DNA of 64,000 nucleotides from Macrostomum lignano (lineage: Eukaryota). Under the pieces are notes generated by a model. That model saw only the letters and a program-made list of their open reading frames with translations, had not been told where the DNA came from and searched no databases. The translations under genes and the position numbers were made by a program. Where the stretch lies: positions 1-64,000 of the forward strand of contig NIVC01002506.1 of assembly GCA_002269645.1 (NCBI GenBank), in the 5' to 3' direction. Of this stretch, positions 10,357 to 20,433 are shown piece after piece (within the stretch, counting starts at the first letter, position 1; every line of letters begins with the position of its first letter).

Positions 10357-11643
10357 ATGAACGACCCACTGACACCAGTTTTTTACAAAATGAACAAGCC
10401 TATTTTGAGTGATGATAGCACAATCAAAGCGACTCAGGTAAGAGTTCCCAGTCAGGAAAATCAGAATGAAACTAATCTTGGTCCTGGTCAAACACTGACA
10501 TTTACATACAATAGATGTTCATCTTTGGTTAGTGTGCACAGTCTTAAGAGCGGATTCCATATGACATTTCAATTCAAGACAAAGGGTGGTGCGGATGCGG
10601 CTCGTGCTAACGTTGACAAGCATGATGCGGATGTGGCTCTGATCAGCAACTTTTGGGCGTACATGTTCAAGGAGTTTAGTGTATCGAATGGGAGCACAGA
10701 GTTGGAGCGAATCGCCAACTTTGGAATTGTCTATGACGCTTATTTTTTGATTGAGAATCCTGATTTTATTCAATTGGGAAGTGGTGCGGGTTTTATTGCA
10801 GACGAAAAAGAAGGAGATATCAATGACAGTGGTTATAAAAATAGGAAGAAGAGATACAACTATGCATTGCAAGATGCTGATGATGCTGCTAAGAACCCGC
10901 AGTATCGGTCTGTTGATGTATTTGTACCATTGAGATTCATGAGTGGATTCTGTAATACATTTAATCGACTGACTAGTAACTTTAGCTACACCTTTAGGAT
11001 GACTAGAGATGATCGCAGTAGAGTGTTGTGGACTGGGGCGGACCACACAAGGATGGAGGTGAAGCTAACCGGAATCGAGCTGTATTTGGAAGTCATTGAG
11101 CCAAAGACTGCACTAAAAGCGGATTATCTCAAGGCAATAGAGAAGGACATTGATGTTGCATACACAGCCTACATGTGTCGAGATGAGCGAAACGAAACTA
11201 GAACAAACATCTGCATTAAAGAGGGATCATGCAGCAATCCAAGGTATATTATTATTAACATGAGAAACCAAAATAGCATTATACGCTACATGCATGGAGA
11301 CGTGCGGTCCATTCAGCATGAAATCAGTGATAATCTTTACCCTGCACTGCCACAAAATGGAGATTTCAGTCAGAACAAGATTAGCAAATTTTACAGCGAG
11401 TTGGTCGACTTGGCTGTGAAAGAGAACAATGGAATTGCTATCACTGCTCTTCAATATGGAACTCTATATCCGATGTTTGGCGCTGATGTGTCTGCCAGAC
11501 AAATGCCTACTGATAACAGCCCTGTGAATATCGTGACTAACATTGAGAGGACTGTCGCAACACCCGTGGACTTGTACATTATCTATGCATTTGAGAGGAA
11601 GGTGAAGCTTAACATGATCAACAATTCATCCAGTAAAGTTTAA
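10357..11643 (+). CDS. Major capsid protein (double jelly-roll type), intact, 428 aa
   Basis: Size, position next to penton, and Polinton-MCP-like motifs SDDSTIK, NFWAYMF..FSV, VPLRFMSGF, PRYIII, LYP and YPMFGADVS. Confidence 0.85.
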   Translation: MNDPLTPVFYKMNKPILSDDSTIKATQVRVPSQENQNETNLGPGQTLTFTYNRCSSLVSVHSLKSGFHMTFQFKTKGGADAARANVDKHDADVALISNFWAYMFKEFSVSNGSTELERIANFGIVYDAYFLIENPDFIQLGSGAGFIADEKEGDINDSGYKNRKKRYNYALQDADDAAKNPQYRSVDVFVPLRFMSGFCNTFNRLTSNFSYTFRMTRDDRSRVLWTGADHTRMEVKLTGIELYLEVIEPKTALKADYLKAIEKDIDVAYTAYMCRDERNETRTNICIKEGSCSNPRYIIINMRNQNSIIRYMHGDVRSIQHEISDNLYPALPQNGDFSQNKISKFYSELVDLAVKENNGIAITALQYGTLYPMFGADVSARQMPTDNSPVNIVTNIERTVATPVDLYIIYAFERKVKLNMINNSSSKV

Positions 11644-11663
11644 ATATTTTTTTAGAACAAAAA

Positions 11664-12527
11664 ATGGAAGCTATAGCCGAAAGACTAAACAACATTGTTT
11701 CACACTCCAAGGAGAGCATTCCTATTACAATAACTGGTCGAATTAATGACTCAAACGGGATGTTTGTTGAAAAATTAGAGCAGGCGATTCGCCTGGATCC
11801 AGGCGCTAATTACCATGTCTATCTTAACGACTTCACTGGTTGGTCAAACGTTCCTAATGTGATGGCAGCAAATAATAAGTTTTATTACAAATGGAAAGGT
11901 GCAGCAGCAGACCCTGTGGTATTCCATGTGAGCACGCAAAGTGTGGATACCTACAATTACTTTCTAGAAAACGTCTTTACTAAAAGAGGCCATTTTGAGA
12001 CACCTGATGCGAGTAAGCCAGATAAAAAACTGTTTCCTGTCAAACTAGCCTATGATCTCACTGTAATGAGAGTGGTCATGCAAGTTCACAAAGATGTGGA
12101 GGTTGAGTTTAAAGATAACACTTGGTATAGGGAATTAGGATTCGAGAAGAAAGTTTATAAGGCAGAATCCGCGGCGCGGACCGCCACTCAAGCGTCGGGG
12201 GCCGTTAGCATGGCCCGGGAAAGTGTACGCGGTTTGTTCTTAGCACCCAATATTGCAGACATTGTAAAGGGTTTGAATATTCAAATCAGAAGCAATCTCA
12301 GTCTTGATTGGGTATTTAAGGGAAAGCGAACTAATATTTTGTACAACATCTCCGACTTTGTTGCTGGAGGACAGATGCTGGTAGAGAAACCAAATCCAGT
12401 GAAAAGAGTTGTATTGAGTAATAAGGAGATTCACGAGATTGTGCTACAGTTTGAGACTGAAGATGGGGTGGGCGTTGATTTTAATGGGGAAGAGTTTGTA
12501 TTGACGTTGATCATTGAGAGAATGTAA
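11664..12527 (+). CDS. Minor capsid protein (penton), intact, 287 aa
   Basis: Motifs SNVPNV...NNKFYY, ELGF, VEKPNP and VDFNGEEFVLTL, directly downstream of MCP. Confidence 0.82.
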   Translation: MEAIAERLNNIVSHSKESIPITITGRINDSNGMFVEKLEQAIRLDPGANYHVYLNDFTGWSNVPNVMAANNKFYYKWKGAAADPVVFHVSTQSVDTYNYFLENVFTKRGHFETPDASKPDKKLFPVKLAYDLTVMRVVMQVHKDVEVEFKDNTWYRELGFEKKVYKAESAARTATQASGAVSMARESVRGLFLAPNIADIVKGLNIQIRSNLSLDWVFKGKRTNILYNISDFVAGGQMLVEKPNPVKRVVLSNKEIHEIVLQFETEDGVGVDFNGEEFVLTLIIERM

Positions 12528-12531
12528 GAAA

Positions 12532-12771
12532 TCACAATTGTCTAATGATTTCTGCAAAGTTATAGTAGCTGTCGTAATCTTTTACATAGGTTACTCCATA
12601 CTTATAAAACCAGTGTCTTTGGAGAGCTAGATTAATATTAGGGACATTGATATCAACATCGAGCCAATATTTTCTCATGTACTCGCTGCATTCTAGTTTG
12701 CATTGGTACTGGGATTTGTACAATGGATTAGGCTGAGTATAATAAGAACCTGGAGAGACGACTGGAAACAT
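12532..12771 (-). CDS. Small Tyr-rich hypothetical protein (79 aa)
   Basis: AAAAATG start context like the other viral genes. Packed convergently against the penton stop. Confidence 0.55.
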   Translation of the reverse strand: MFPVVSPGSYYTQPNPLYKSQYQCKLECSEYMRKYWLDVDINVPNINLALQRHWFYKYGVTYVKDYDSYYNFAEIIRQL

Positions 12772-12789
12772 TTTTAGAGAAAAATTAGA

Positions 12790-13230
12790 TTTTTTTCAAT
12801 GGGTAAGGACCCTGCGCTGATGATTTAAAGTCTTTGGGATCTGGTTTCGCCGCTTCGGATTGAATGTGGGGAAAAGAATGCAGATTATCTTCTTATTGTT
12901 TCGAAGATGCTATGGGTGGATGTCAGTGGATTATATGACACCTGTTATGCTCTGATTCTGTCAGGGATAATGCTCTGATTCTGTCAGGGATAATATGGAT
13001 GGATTTAATGGGATTATGTTCGAAGTTTTCGGAGCAAGTGCGGCCCCTCCACTTTTTCATGATTCTGTCAGGGATAATATGGATGGATTTAGGTGGATTA
13101 TGGACGATGTTTTGTGAGCGAGTGCGACCCCCCTTTTTTTCTGATTCTGTCAGGGATAATATGGATAGATTTAATGGGATTATGGAGGACGTGAAAAATT
13201 TTGTCCCAAAAGCCCCCTCATGCCTTCTAC
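12790..13230 (-). repeat. Right terminal inverted repeat of A1 with ~80-bp subterminal tandem units
   Basis: Reverse complement matches 28471-28834 from the terminal AGTAGAAGGCATG through CCCATTGAAAAAA. Confidence 0.88.
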
Positions 13231-13905
13231 TCAGATGCATTGTTGTTGGTTCATCCGGTTCAGGTAAAACATTCAGAGTCTTTAACATGCTTCTTAGACC
13301 TGGCTTTATCGACTATGACACTCTGCACATCTACTCTCCCACACTGTATCAGGATGATCAACATTATTGCGTGTTTTAATAACCAAATGAGCCTTCCCAG
13401 TAACCCAGAAATTGTAGCTGCTGAATATTCAAAGCACCTCAAAGACAATGAAAAATGGCAGAAAATTAAAGTTTTCACCTATGGAGATCCACAGGCTGAT
13501 CCAAAGACCAAACTTCTACCCCAACCAGATGAGCTAGAAAAGGGGAGAAAGCATTTGATCGTCTTTTATGATTGTATGACAGGCCCACAGAAGCAGATAA
13601 AAAACTATTTTACAAGAGGACGACATAAAAATTGTAATGTAATCTACATTGCACAGAACTGGTTCGAGCTCCCGAACAAAACAATTCGTGGGAACTGCAA
13701 TCTGATTCTCCTGTTTCCAACCATTCCACAGGACAGGCTAAAAAGATTTTACAATGAGGTCATTGCGCCTGCCTATTTTATAAATCCAACAAAAAACTCA
13801 AACAGAAAGATTTCACAGGAGGAATTCGTTAATCTTTGCTATGACAAGTGGAATCAGCCTTACCAGTTTGTGATTATCAGCAAAGAAAAAAGAACTGTAA
13901 TTTAA
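13231..13905 (+). pseudogene. Packaging ATPase, 5'-truncated, with ~50-bp internal deletion
   Basis: RCIVVGSSGSGKT in one frame and TRGRH...YIAQ in another. Near-identical to 32219-33019. Confidence 0.9.
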
Positions 13906-13921
13906 AATTTGCTATTAAAAG

Positions 13922-14572
13922 ATGTCTATCAATTTTGCAGTCGAATTCATTTCTGGCAACAGCGCTCTTACATCAGCTCAAATATCCATCCTTGACAGGC
14001 GATATATCAACAGCGAAGAAGAGATCCCAGAGATCAAACTGAATAAAAACAGATTGAAACAATTAGAGCGCTCCATGCACCAGCTGCAGATAAACATAGA
14101 AGATCTCAGGCCTAAAGTAGCCAGGCAGAAGTTTGAAAGTGATAAGCTTTATGTGCCGTTGTTAAACGCAACTAATGAAGTTAGGTCAGAAATAACTTCG
14201 GCAGTCTCGCAAATCAACGGGTTGACATCGACAATTAATCTCCTGAGAAATTCTACTGCTAGACAGATGCGCATTCTTGAAGGAGGAGTTTTCACAAACA
14301 CAGCTAAAGTGAGAAATTTAGAAGAGTTCATGACTCAGTCAACAGCGTTGCATGATCAAATCAAAGTAAGAATTGATGCAATTAAAGTCTTTGTAGATTT
14401 AGTTTTTACCGAATGGCAGAAATCGTTGAGAAGAATCGGTCGTCTTAAATGCTTGCATAATCTCAAAAACATTGACGCTGAAGAGGCACCACAGACCTGC
14501 ACAAGGGAAATAAGTGATCCAACCGACATGTTTAAGATCAGGCGTAGAATGGAGCTCACAGACAATGAATAG
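13922..14572 (+). CDS. Coiled-coil protein, copy 2 (216 aa, single 28-aa unit)
   Basis: Homologous to 6913-7728 and 33035-33868. Confidence 0.7.
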   Translation: MSINFAVEFISGNSALTSAQISILDRRYINSEEEIPEIKLNKNRLKQLERSMHQLQINIEDLRPKVARQKFESDKLYVPLLNATNEVRSEITSAVSQINGLTSTINLLRNSTARQMRILEGGVFTNTAKVRNLEEFMTQSTALHDQIKVRIDAIKVFVDLVFTEWQKSLRRIGRLKCLHNLKNIDAEEAPQTCTREISDPTDMFKIRRRMELTDNE

Positions 14573-14680
14573 GCAGATTCGAAGAGACCCGTTGCCGTCA
14601 CTGCAGACAAAGCAACCAAACGTAAAACAAATCTAACCACCAACAACTAGTTGTCGATTTTTTAAAAAAATTCCCTAAAA

Positions 14681-15346
14681 ATGGATGCTCAAAATTCTCT
14701 TTATGATCCGAACGCTCCCACAACACTCACAGCTCTCACAGCACCTAGTGCACCCCAATATGAGAAACAAAAACTCTACCCTGTCATTACTTGTAACTCT
14801 CAACAGTTTCGACTGGTGGAGATTCAAAAAATGCGCGATGATCTTGAAAAAAATATTTTCCACAACACAAAGAAAGTTAAGCGCTATGACAACCACTGTA
14901 AATTTTTCGACTACAGCAATATGATTCTAGGATCTGTGTCTGTTCTAACAGGTTCAGCAGCTGCAGCCTCAGTGTTGCCAGCCATCACAGTCCCAATTGC
15001 AATTCCACTTGGCTCAGTAGGTGCTGCATGTGGACTTATTTCAGCAATTACTGAAGCAGTAGCGCGAAACAGGCGAAAAAAACTAAAGCAGCTACAGGAG
15101 AAGCAAGTAAAAGAGAAAGGGGTGCACACTTCAATCATAGGGTACATTTTAAGGGCAATCGAGGATAAGTTCATTTCAGAGGATGAGTTCAAAACCATTC
15201 AGGATCTTTATGAACAATCAATTCGAATGAACTTGAACATGGTCGGTACTGATGACATGAGTCAGCTGAAAAATGAACTCGAGAAAGTTTTTCAACATTA
15301 TGCGGAAAGAAAGTCGGCAAGAAGGACAACGAGAAATGCACAATGA
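14681..15346 (+). CDS. Membrane-hairpin protein, copy 2 (221 aa) with PSAP and LYPVI
   Basis: Intact ORF homologous to 6097-6822. Confidence 0.85.
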   Translation: MDAQNSLYDPNAPTTLTALTAPSAPQYEKQKLYPVITCNSQQFRLVEIQKMRDDLEKNIFHNTKKVKRYDNHCKFFDYSNMILGSVSVLTGSAAAASVLPAITVPIAIPLGSVGAACGLISAITEAVARNRRKKLKQLQEKQVKEKGVHTSIIGYILRAIEDKFISEDEFKTIQDLYEQSIRMNLNMVGTDDMSQLKNELEKVFQHYAERKSARRTTRNAQ

Positions 15347-15502
15347 ACCCCTATGAAACACAGCCAAGAATAATTTCCTTGTAGGTCTTGACTTACTTGA
15401 ATTAGCTGCAGGGGGCGTCCGGCGGATGCAGCGGGGAGGCGGAGGAGACCGCCCATTCCGCTAGCCCCTGGCGACCAATGACTTCCGTTGAAGTGAAGTC
15501 GC

Positions 15503-18500
15503 TCAGGGGACCCGTCGGTCTCGCCTGCAGCGCGATCCTCCTCACCGACAGTGGGGAAGAAATCGGCTTGTCCCGTGTCCCTGAGGTACCGGGCGAGCAG
15601 CGGGATGCTCTCGGGCCTGGCAACGTCGGAGAGAACCGGGTTTGGCCCGAGGTGAGTGAGCCTGGCCCTGGTGAAAACCGGGCAGTGGCAGATTAAATGC
15701 TCGGCGTTTTCACTGCCTGAGCGGCAGAAGGGGCACCGCTCCTCGGGTACCTGGCCCTGAAGGAAGCGGTGGCGAGAGAAGCAGCCATGCCCGGAGAGGG
15801 CCATGCTAACTGCTCTGAGGTCTCTGCGGTTGAGCCTGAGGAGGGCTCTACGCAGGAGAGGGGAGGGGCAGGGGACGGCCGCCCGGGATTGCCTACAATT
15901 CCGGGTGTCGTGCCACCTGCGGAGATGCTCGGAGTCAGCCCAGCGCTTAACGCGGGAGTTGATCACCGAGGCGGGGATGGGGGCCCCCGGGCCCGGCCCC
16001 AGCAGCGCGCCGGCGGAGCCAGCCTTGGCCAGCAGGTCGGCGCGCTCGTTGCCGAGGAAACCGGCGTGGCCCGAGATCCATCTGAGCTCTACCTGGTTGC
16101 CTAGCGCAAGCCCGTTGAGCTGGGTGTTTCAGTCCAGGACGGACCTGGAGCTGGTGGTGCAGCGGCAGAGGGCCCGAAGGGCTGCTTGGCTGTCAGAGTG
16201 AAAAATAAATTTCCGACCGCTAAGCTGCCTTCGGCGCAGTTCTGCCGCGCAGGAGCTGATGGCAAGCACTTCGCTCTGAAAAACACTGGAGTTGAGCCCA
16301 GTGTGCTGGGAGTAGCTCCACGCCACTTCTCCCTTGAAGAAGACGCACGCTCCGAAGCCTGAAAGACCATGCTTCATAGAGCCGTCAGTGTAACAGTGGA
16401 CTTCAGAATCGCTCCAGCTGTCACTCGCCTCATGTCGAGGCTGAATAGTGACCTTATACCTTTGGCTCAGGAGAAGGGTGGCTGGGATCGAGTCCGAGAG
16501 GATGTTGAGCCCGCCACATTCTTCTAGAGCCTTGAGGCAGAGGTCAGAGTGCGGAATAAGCGACCGCTTCTTAAAGGCCCGCACTTTCTTGAAGGCCACC
16601 CCAGCATCCAGAAGACGCCGGGTGTTCTTCGCCGCCTCTCCTTTGATATAAATATCCAGAGGAGGGGTGCAGAGGAAGGCATTCATGCCTTCAAAAGGAG
16701 TAGAGGGTGGAGCGCCCATAGTCATGCGGCAGGCTCTGCCCTGGATTTTGTAGAGAGCGTCGAGGTTACTCTTGACGCCCAGACCGCTAGCCCACACGAG
16801 GCTGGCGTAACTGATCGAGGGGCGGATGATTGCAGTGTAAATCCACCACAGCTTCCTGGGGGTGAGCCCCAGGTGGTGCCCACGGCGCGCCTGATCTGAG
16901 CCAGGACAGCCAGGGCTTTTTTGGCTTTAGTTTGAATGTGCGGAGTCCAGTTGAGCCTGTGGTCCAGAGTGAGGCCCAGGCAGCGGACCTGCTTCTCCAT
17001 GGAAATGTTCTTTCCATAGAGGGTGAGGGGCTTAATGGTCCAGAGCAGTTTGTTGGTAAACATGACCGCTGTGGTTTTTGACTCTGAGAGTCTAAGACCA
17101 CATTGGTTTGCCCAACGCTCCGCTCGTCCCAGAAAGCCCTGCAGAAGATTTCTGATGGTGTCAACCGAGGGGCCCGCGCAGATCGCGGTCACGTCATCGG
17201 CATAGCCCACCTTGAGAATGGGGTCGTGGAGATCACTGCAAAGCAGCTCATCCATGACCATGTTCCAGAGAACGGGGGTGAGAACTCCGCCCTGGGGGCC
17301 CCCTTTTTGGACAGGCGCCGAAAGAGAGCTGCCGTTCAGGTGGGCCACAACAGTGCGGTTCCGGATCATCAACATGATCCACCGGACAAGGTGAGGGTGC
17401 GTGGCCCTGGATTCCAGGGCTCTGCAAAAGGCCTCGAAGATGACGTTGTCGAAGGCCCCCTCAATGTCCAGAGAAAGCGAGAGGGCAAAGCCGCTGCCAA
17501 GAACGGCCCTCTTTAGGAAGTCAACAATGACATGGAGGGCACTCTCGGTAGACCTGCCCGCGCGGAAGGCGTGCTGGTTCTGCGAGAGTGGGAAGCGCTT
17601 CAATTCGACTGAAAGTAGGCGCCAGAGCACCAGTCTCTCGAGGAGCTTGAGGCAGAAAGAAGTGAGGCTGATAGGCCTGAAGGCCTTCACCGATTGGCAA
17701 TCGCTCTTTCCAGGCTTGGGGATAAAGACCACCCGGGCCTCTCTCCACGCAACTGGTACATAGCCCAGTTCCACACAAGCTCGGAGGAGACGACAGAGGA
17801 GGTCCAGAAAGCGGTGGCTTTTCGCCGCCTCGTGCAAGAACGCTGGGTAGATGCCGTCGGGCCCAGGCGCCTTGAACGGGTTAAAGGACCTTGCCGCTCT
17901 AATAATGCGGTCTTTGGTGATTATATACTTTGCTAGGCCTTGCCCTCCCACTGTGTGGTCAGGCGGGCCCTGCTGAGTCGGAGATTTAGGGAAGAAACTG
18001 TTGAGCATTAGCTCCAGAGTCTCTTCAGAGCTCCCTGTGACCGAGCCGTCAGGTCTCTTTACAACAGAGAGTTTAGAAAAACGGTCATTCGTGAGTGCCT
18101 TAACCACGCGGGCTACGGGGCGAGAGCCCTCAAGCCCTTCGCAGTATTGGCGCCACTTGGCCGTCTTGGCCCTTCTGACTTGGCCCTTAAACTCGTGGAT
18201 CGCACGGGTATAGGCCTCTCTGTCAGATGGGTCATTGGTTTTGAGCGCTCGCCTTTGGAGGGTCCTGGCTCGGCGCCGAAGGGCCCCGAGCTCTGGGTTC
18301 CACCAGGGAGCAGATTTCTTGCCTTTATAGGCTTTTAGAGGGCAGGCTGCTTCAAAGGCAGTGGTGATCGCCCAACTCAGGGAGGAGGCGAGATCATCCA
18401 CCACCTGGCAGTCAGAGAGGTCACTGGGGGGGGGTCAAGATCCCGAAGGCCGCGGCTCAGCTTCGAGCCAAAGGCGGCCCAATCGGTGTTCCTGACGTTC

Positions 18501-19207
18501 CGACTCCAAGTGACCTTAGGCTTTTGCTTGATCGGCCCAATGCAAAAGCGGATAAAGCGGTAGTCCGAGAGCGAGTCCTCGTCCCACACTCGCCAGCCCG
18601 TAACTGCGGAAAGCAGTCCGGGTGAGGCGATGGTGGTGTCGATGACTTCGGCCCACCGCCCATTATTGAACGTTGGTGCATTGCCCACGTTACAGAAATT
18701 GAGGTTAGTGCTGCTGACATAGGCCAGCAGCTCCTCGCCTCTGCTATTGATGTTTTTGCTGCCCCAATGCAGGTGGTGTGCGTTCACATCCCCTGCAATG
18801 AGCAGCTCGAACCGATGGGACGCAGCATAGTCAATAAGGTTGACTAGCGCGTCGCAGACAACTGGGGCATCGCCCGGGAAATAGGCAGATGCTACCAGCA
18901 CAGATTTATTGGGAATGAGGTTATTGATTTGAACAACACAGATGTCCCCAGACGAGAGATCAGGTCTCATCCATGCCTCAAAAGCTTTCGCAGCAAAGAC
19001 CAGAGATCTTGGGCGAGGCTGAGAGCCCGCCATGCAAAAACAGTGGTAGCCAGATGGCACATTATTTGGCTTACCTTTAGTCATCCGGGGCTCCTGTACG
19101 AAGACCAGGCCCGGAAGCTGTTGCTCTGCCGTGAGCATCAGGTTGACCGACGCCGCCACGCAGTGCTGGGTGTTGATCTGCAGACACCAGGTAGTCGCTG
19201 GCATCAT
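15503..19207 (-). pseudogene. ORF2 of element 1 (APE-RT-RNase H-CCHC), at least three frameshifts
   Basis: APE QINTQH, VQEP, GDVNAHH. RT PGPDGI, LDIEGAFDN, PQGGVL, GYADD. RNase H YTDGS, HSDSQAA. C-terminal CPFC...H...C. Shifts near 18430, 16860 and 16100. Confidence 0.92.
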
Positions 19208-19880
19208 TGGAGATCGGATGTTGCAGCCGCCAGGAGTTCCTCCTCCTCCTCGGCGCTCACCGGCTTCGGGTCGGGGTCGCCGGTATCCATGGGCTCTTCT
19301 TCAGCAAAAGGCCCCCGATTGGCTGGAAGGCAATAGGCAGCGTTCGCCGCCCTTTGCCCACCATCCATGGGGTCCTCCGCCTCAGATTGGCCCAATGCCC
19401 TGGAGCAGCCAGCCGCCTGGGCAGGCGGGTCCGTCTCCAGTCGGCCCTGCCCCGAGGGGTTGGGCCCAGCTGGGACGTCCCCACCCTCCCTGGACGAACT
19501 GGTGCGCCTAGGCGTCCCGGCGACCTCTCGCCTCAGCTGGGCGATTTTGGCGGTGCGGACTGCCTCAGCTGCACGCTGGTACAGGCCGCGCCGCTTGGTG
19601 CTGCGCGCCGGGCGTCGGTCGCCTCCGCCCTCAGCAGCGCGCTCAGCTTTGCCCGCGCGGCCGTGCTGCCGGGCAGGGCGGTTTGCTTTGGCAGTCTGAG
19701 CAGAGGCTTGCGCCTCGGCCCCGGCCGCCTCCGCATCCCGCCCGCCCTGCTCACTGCCACGGGGAGGGTCGGCCTCGTAGGAGCGGATGCGCAGCTTCCA
19801 AAGGCCGACGTTGATGAAGCTGCCGTGTGGATAACGCCTCATCCAGGCGTCCGACAGCCCCAGGATGGCTGTGAAGCCAG
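19204..19880 (-). pseudogene. C-terminal remnant of ORF1 of element 1
   Basis: GC-rich open frame ending in TGA that overlaps the ORF2 ATG. Confidence 0.7.
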
Positions 19881-20433
19881 TTTCCTTGTAGGTCTTTCGT
19901 GTTTTGGTCAATGCATACAAAACAGTCATGCACAGCTCACCGCAAATATCACTGCTAAGACCTTGAAGAATAAAGTTATTTGTTGTCATTTTTTATGAGG
20001 CTTATCAAACTTTTTTCTTAAACCTAAACCCAATCTCCTAATCTCCTAATCTCAACCTCCTAAACCCAACCTCCACCTACTAAACCTAATATCCAGTGCC
20101 CGAACTGTAGACTGTTAATATTGTCATCAAAAATGAATCTCTTGTTATCTGCACCTGACAGTCCAATCTTCTTTTGCTGAATTGTGTGAATAATATGGTT
20201 GTTAGATTGTAGCTTTGAGAACTCATGAGATGTCTTTTTGTTGCAATTCAAGGCGTCTCTGTATTCAGATTCATTAATTTCCTTCCTAACCACACGTTTC
20301 GGAATTCCTTTGATTTTTTGATTGGGTCTGACGACTCACATTTTACAAAATAGGACTTTGCTCTCAACCCAATGAATTCAGTGATTATGTCACCAGCAAT
20401 CTCGTCCTTCATTTTCCCAATCACTTTCTTGTT

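Larger units (their letters stand above)
1..13230. mobile_element. Polinton/Maverick-type endogenous virus, family A copy A1 (left part outside window)
   Basis: Co-located rve integrase, pPolB, adenain-like protease, A32/FtsK-like ATPase and double- and single-jelly-roll-type capsid genes. Ends in a TIR terminating ...CCTTCTACT, the reverse complement of the AGTAG terminus at 28471. Confidence 0.93.
15390..19880 (-). mobile_element. LOA/Lian-like non-LTR retrotransposon 1, 5'-truncated in ORF1, 16-bp TSD
   Basis: TTTCCTTGTAGGTCTT at both 15374-15389 and 19881-19896. Carries APE, RT, RNase H and Zn knuckle. 3' tail TCAAGTAAGTC. Confidence 0.92.
15351..19989 (-). pseudogene. Adenain-like protease copy 2, internally deleted and split by LOA-like element (parts 19881-19989 and 15351-15389)
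   Basis: MTTNNF joined directly to ILQGLSSDICGELC. The 3' end ...EIILGCVS lies left of the insertion. Confidence 0.85.

Noticed and set aside
12923-13379. ORFs 12923-13288 and 12999-13379 as genes
   Set aside because: They read through TIR tandem repeats into the truncated ATPase; junction artefacts.
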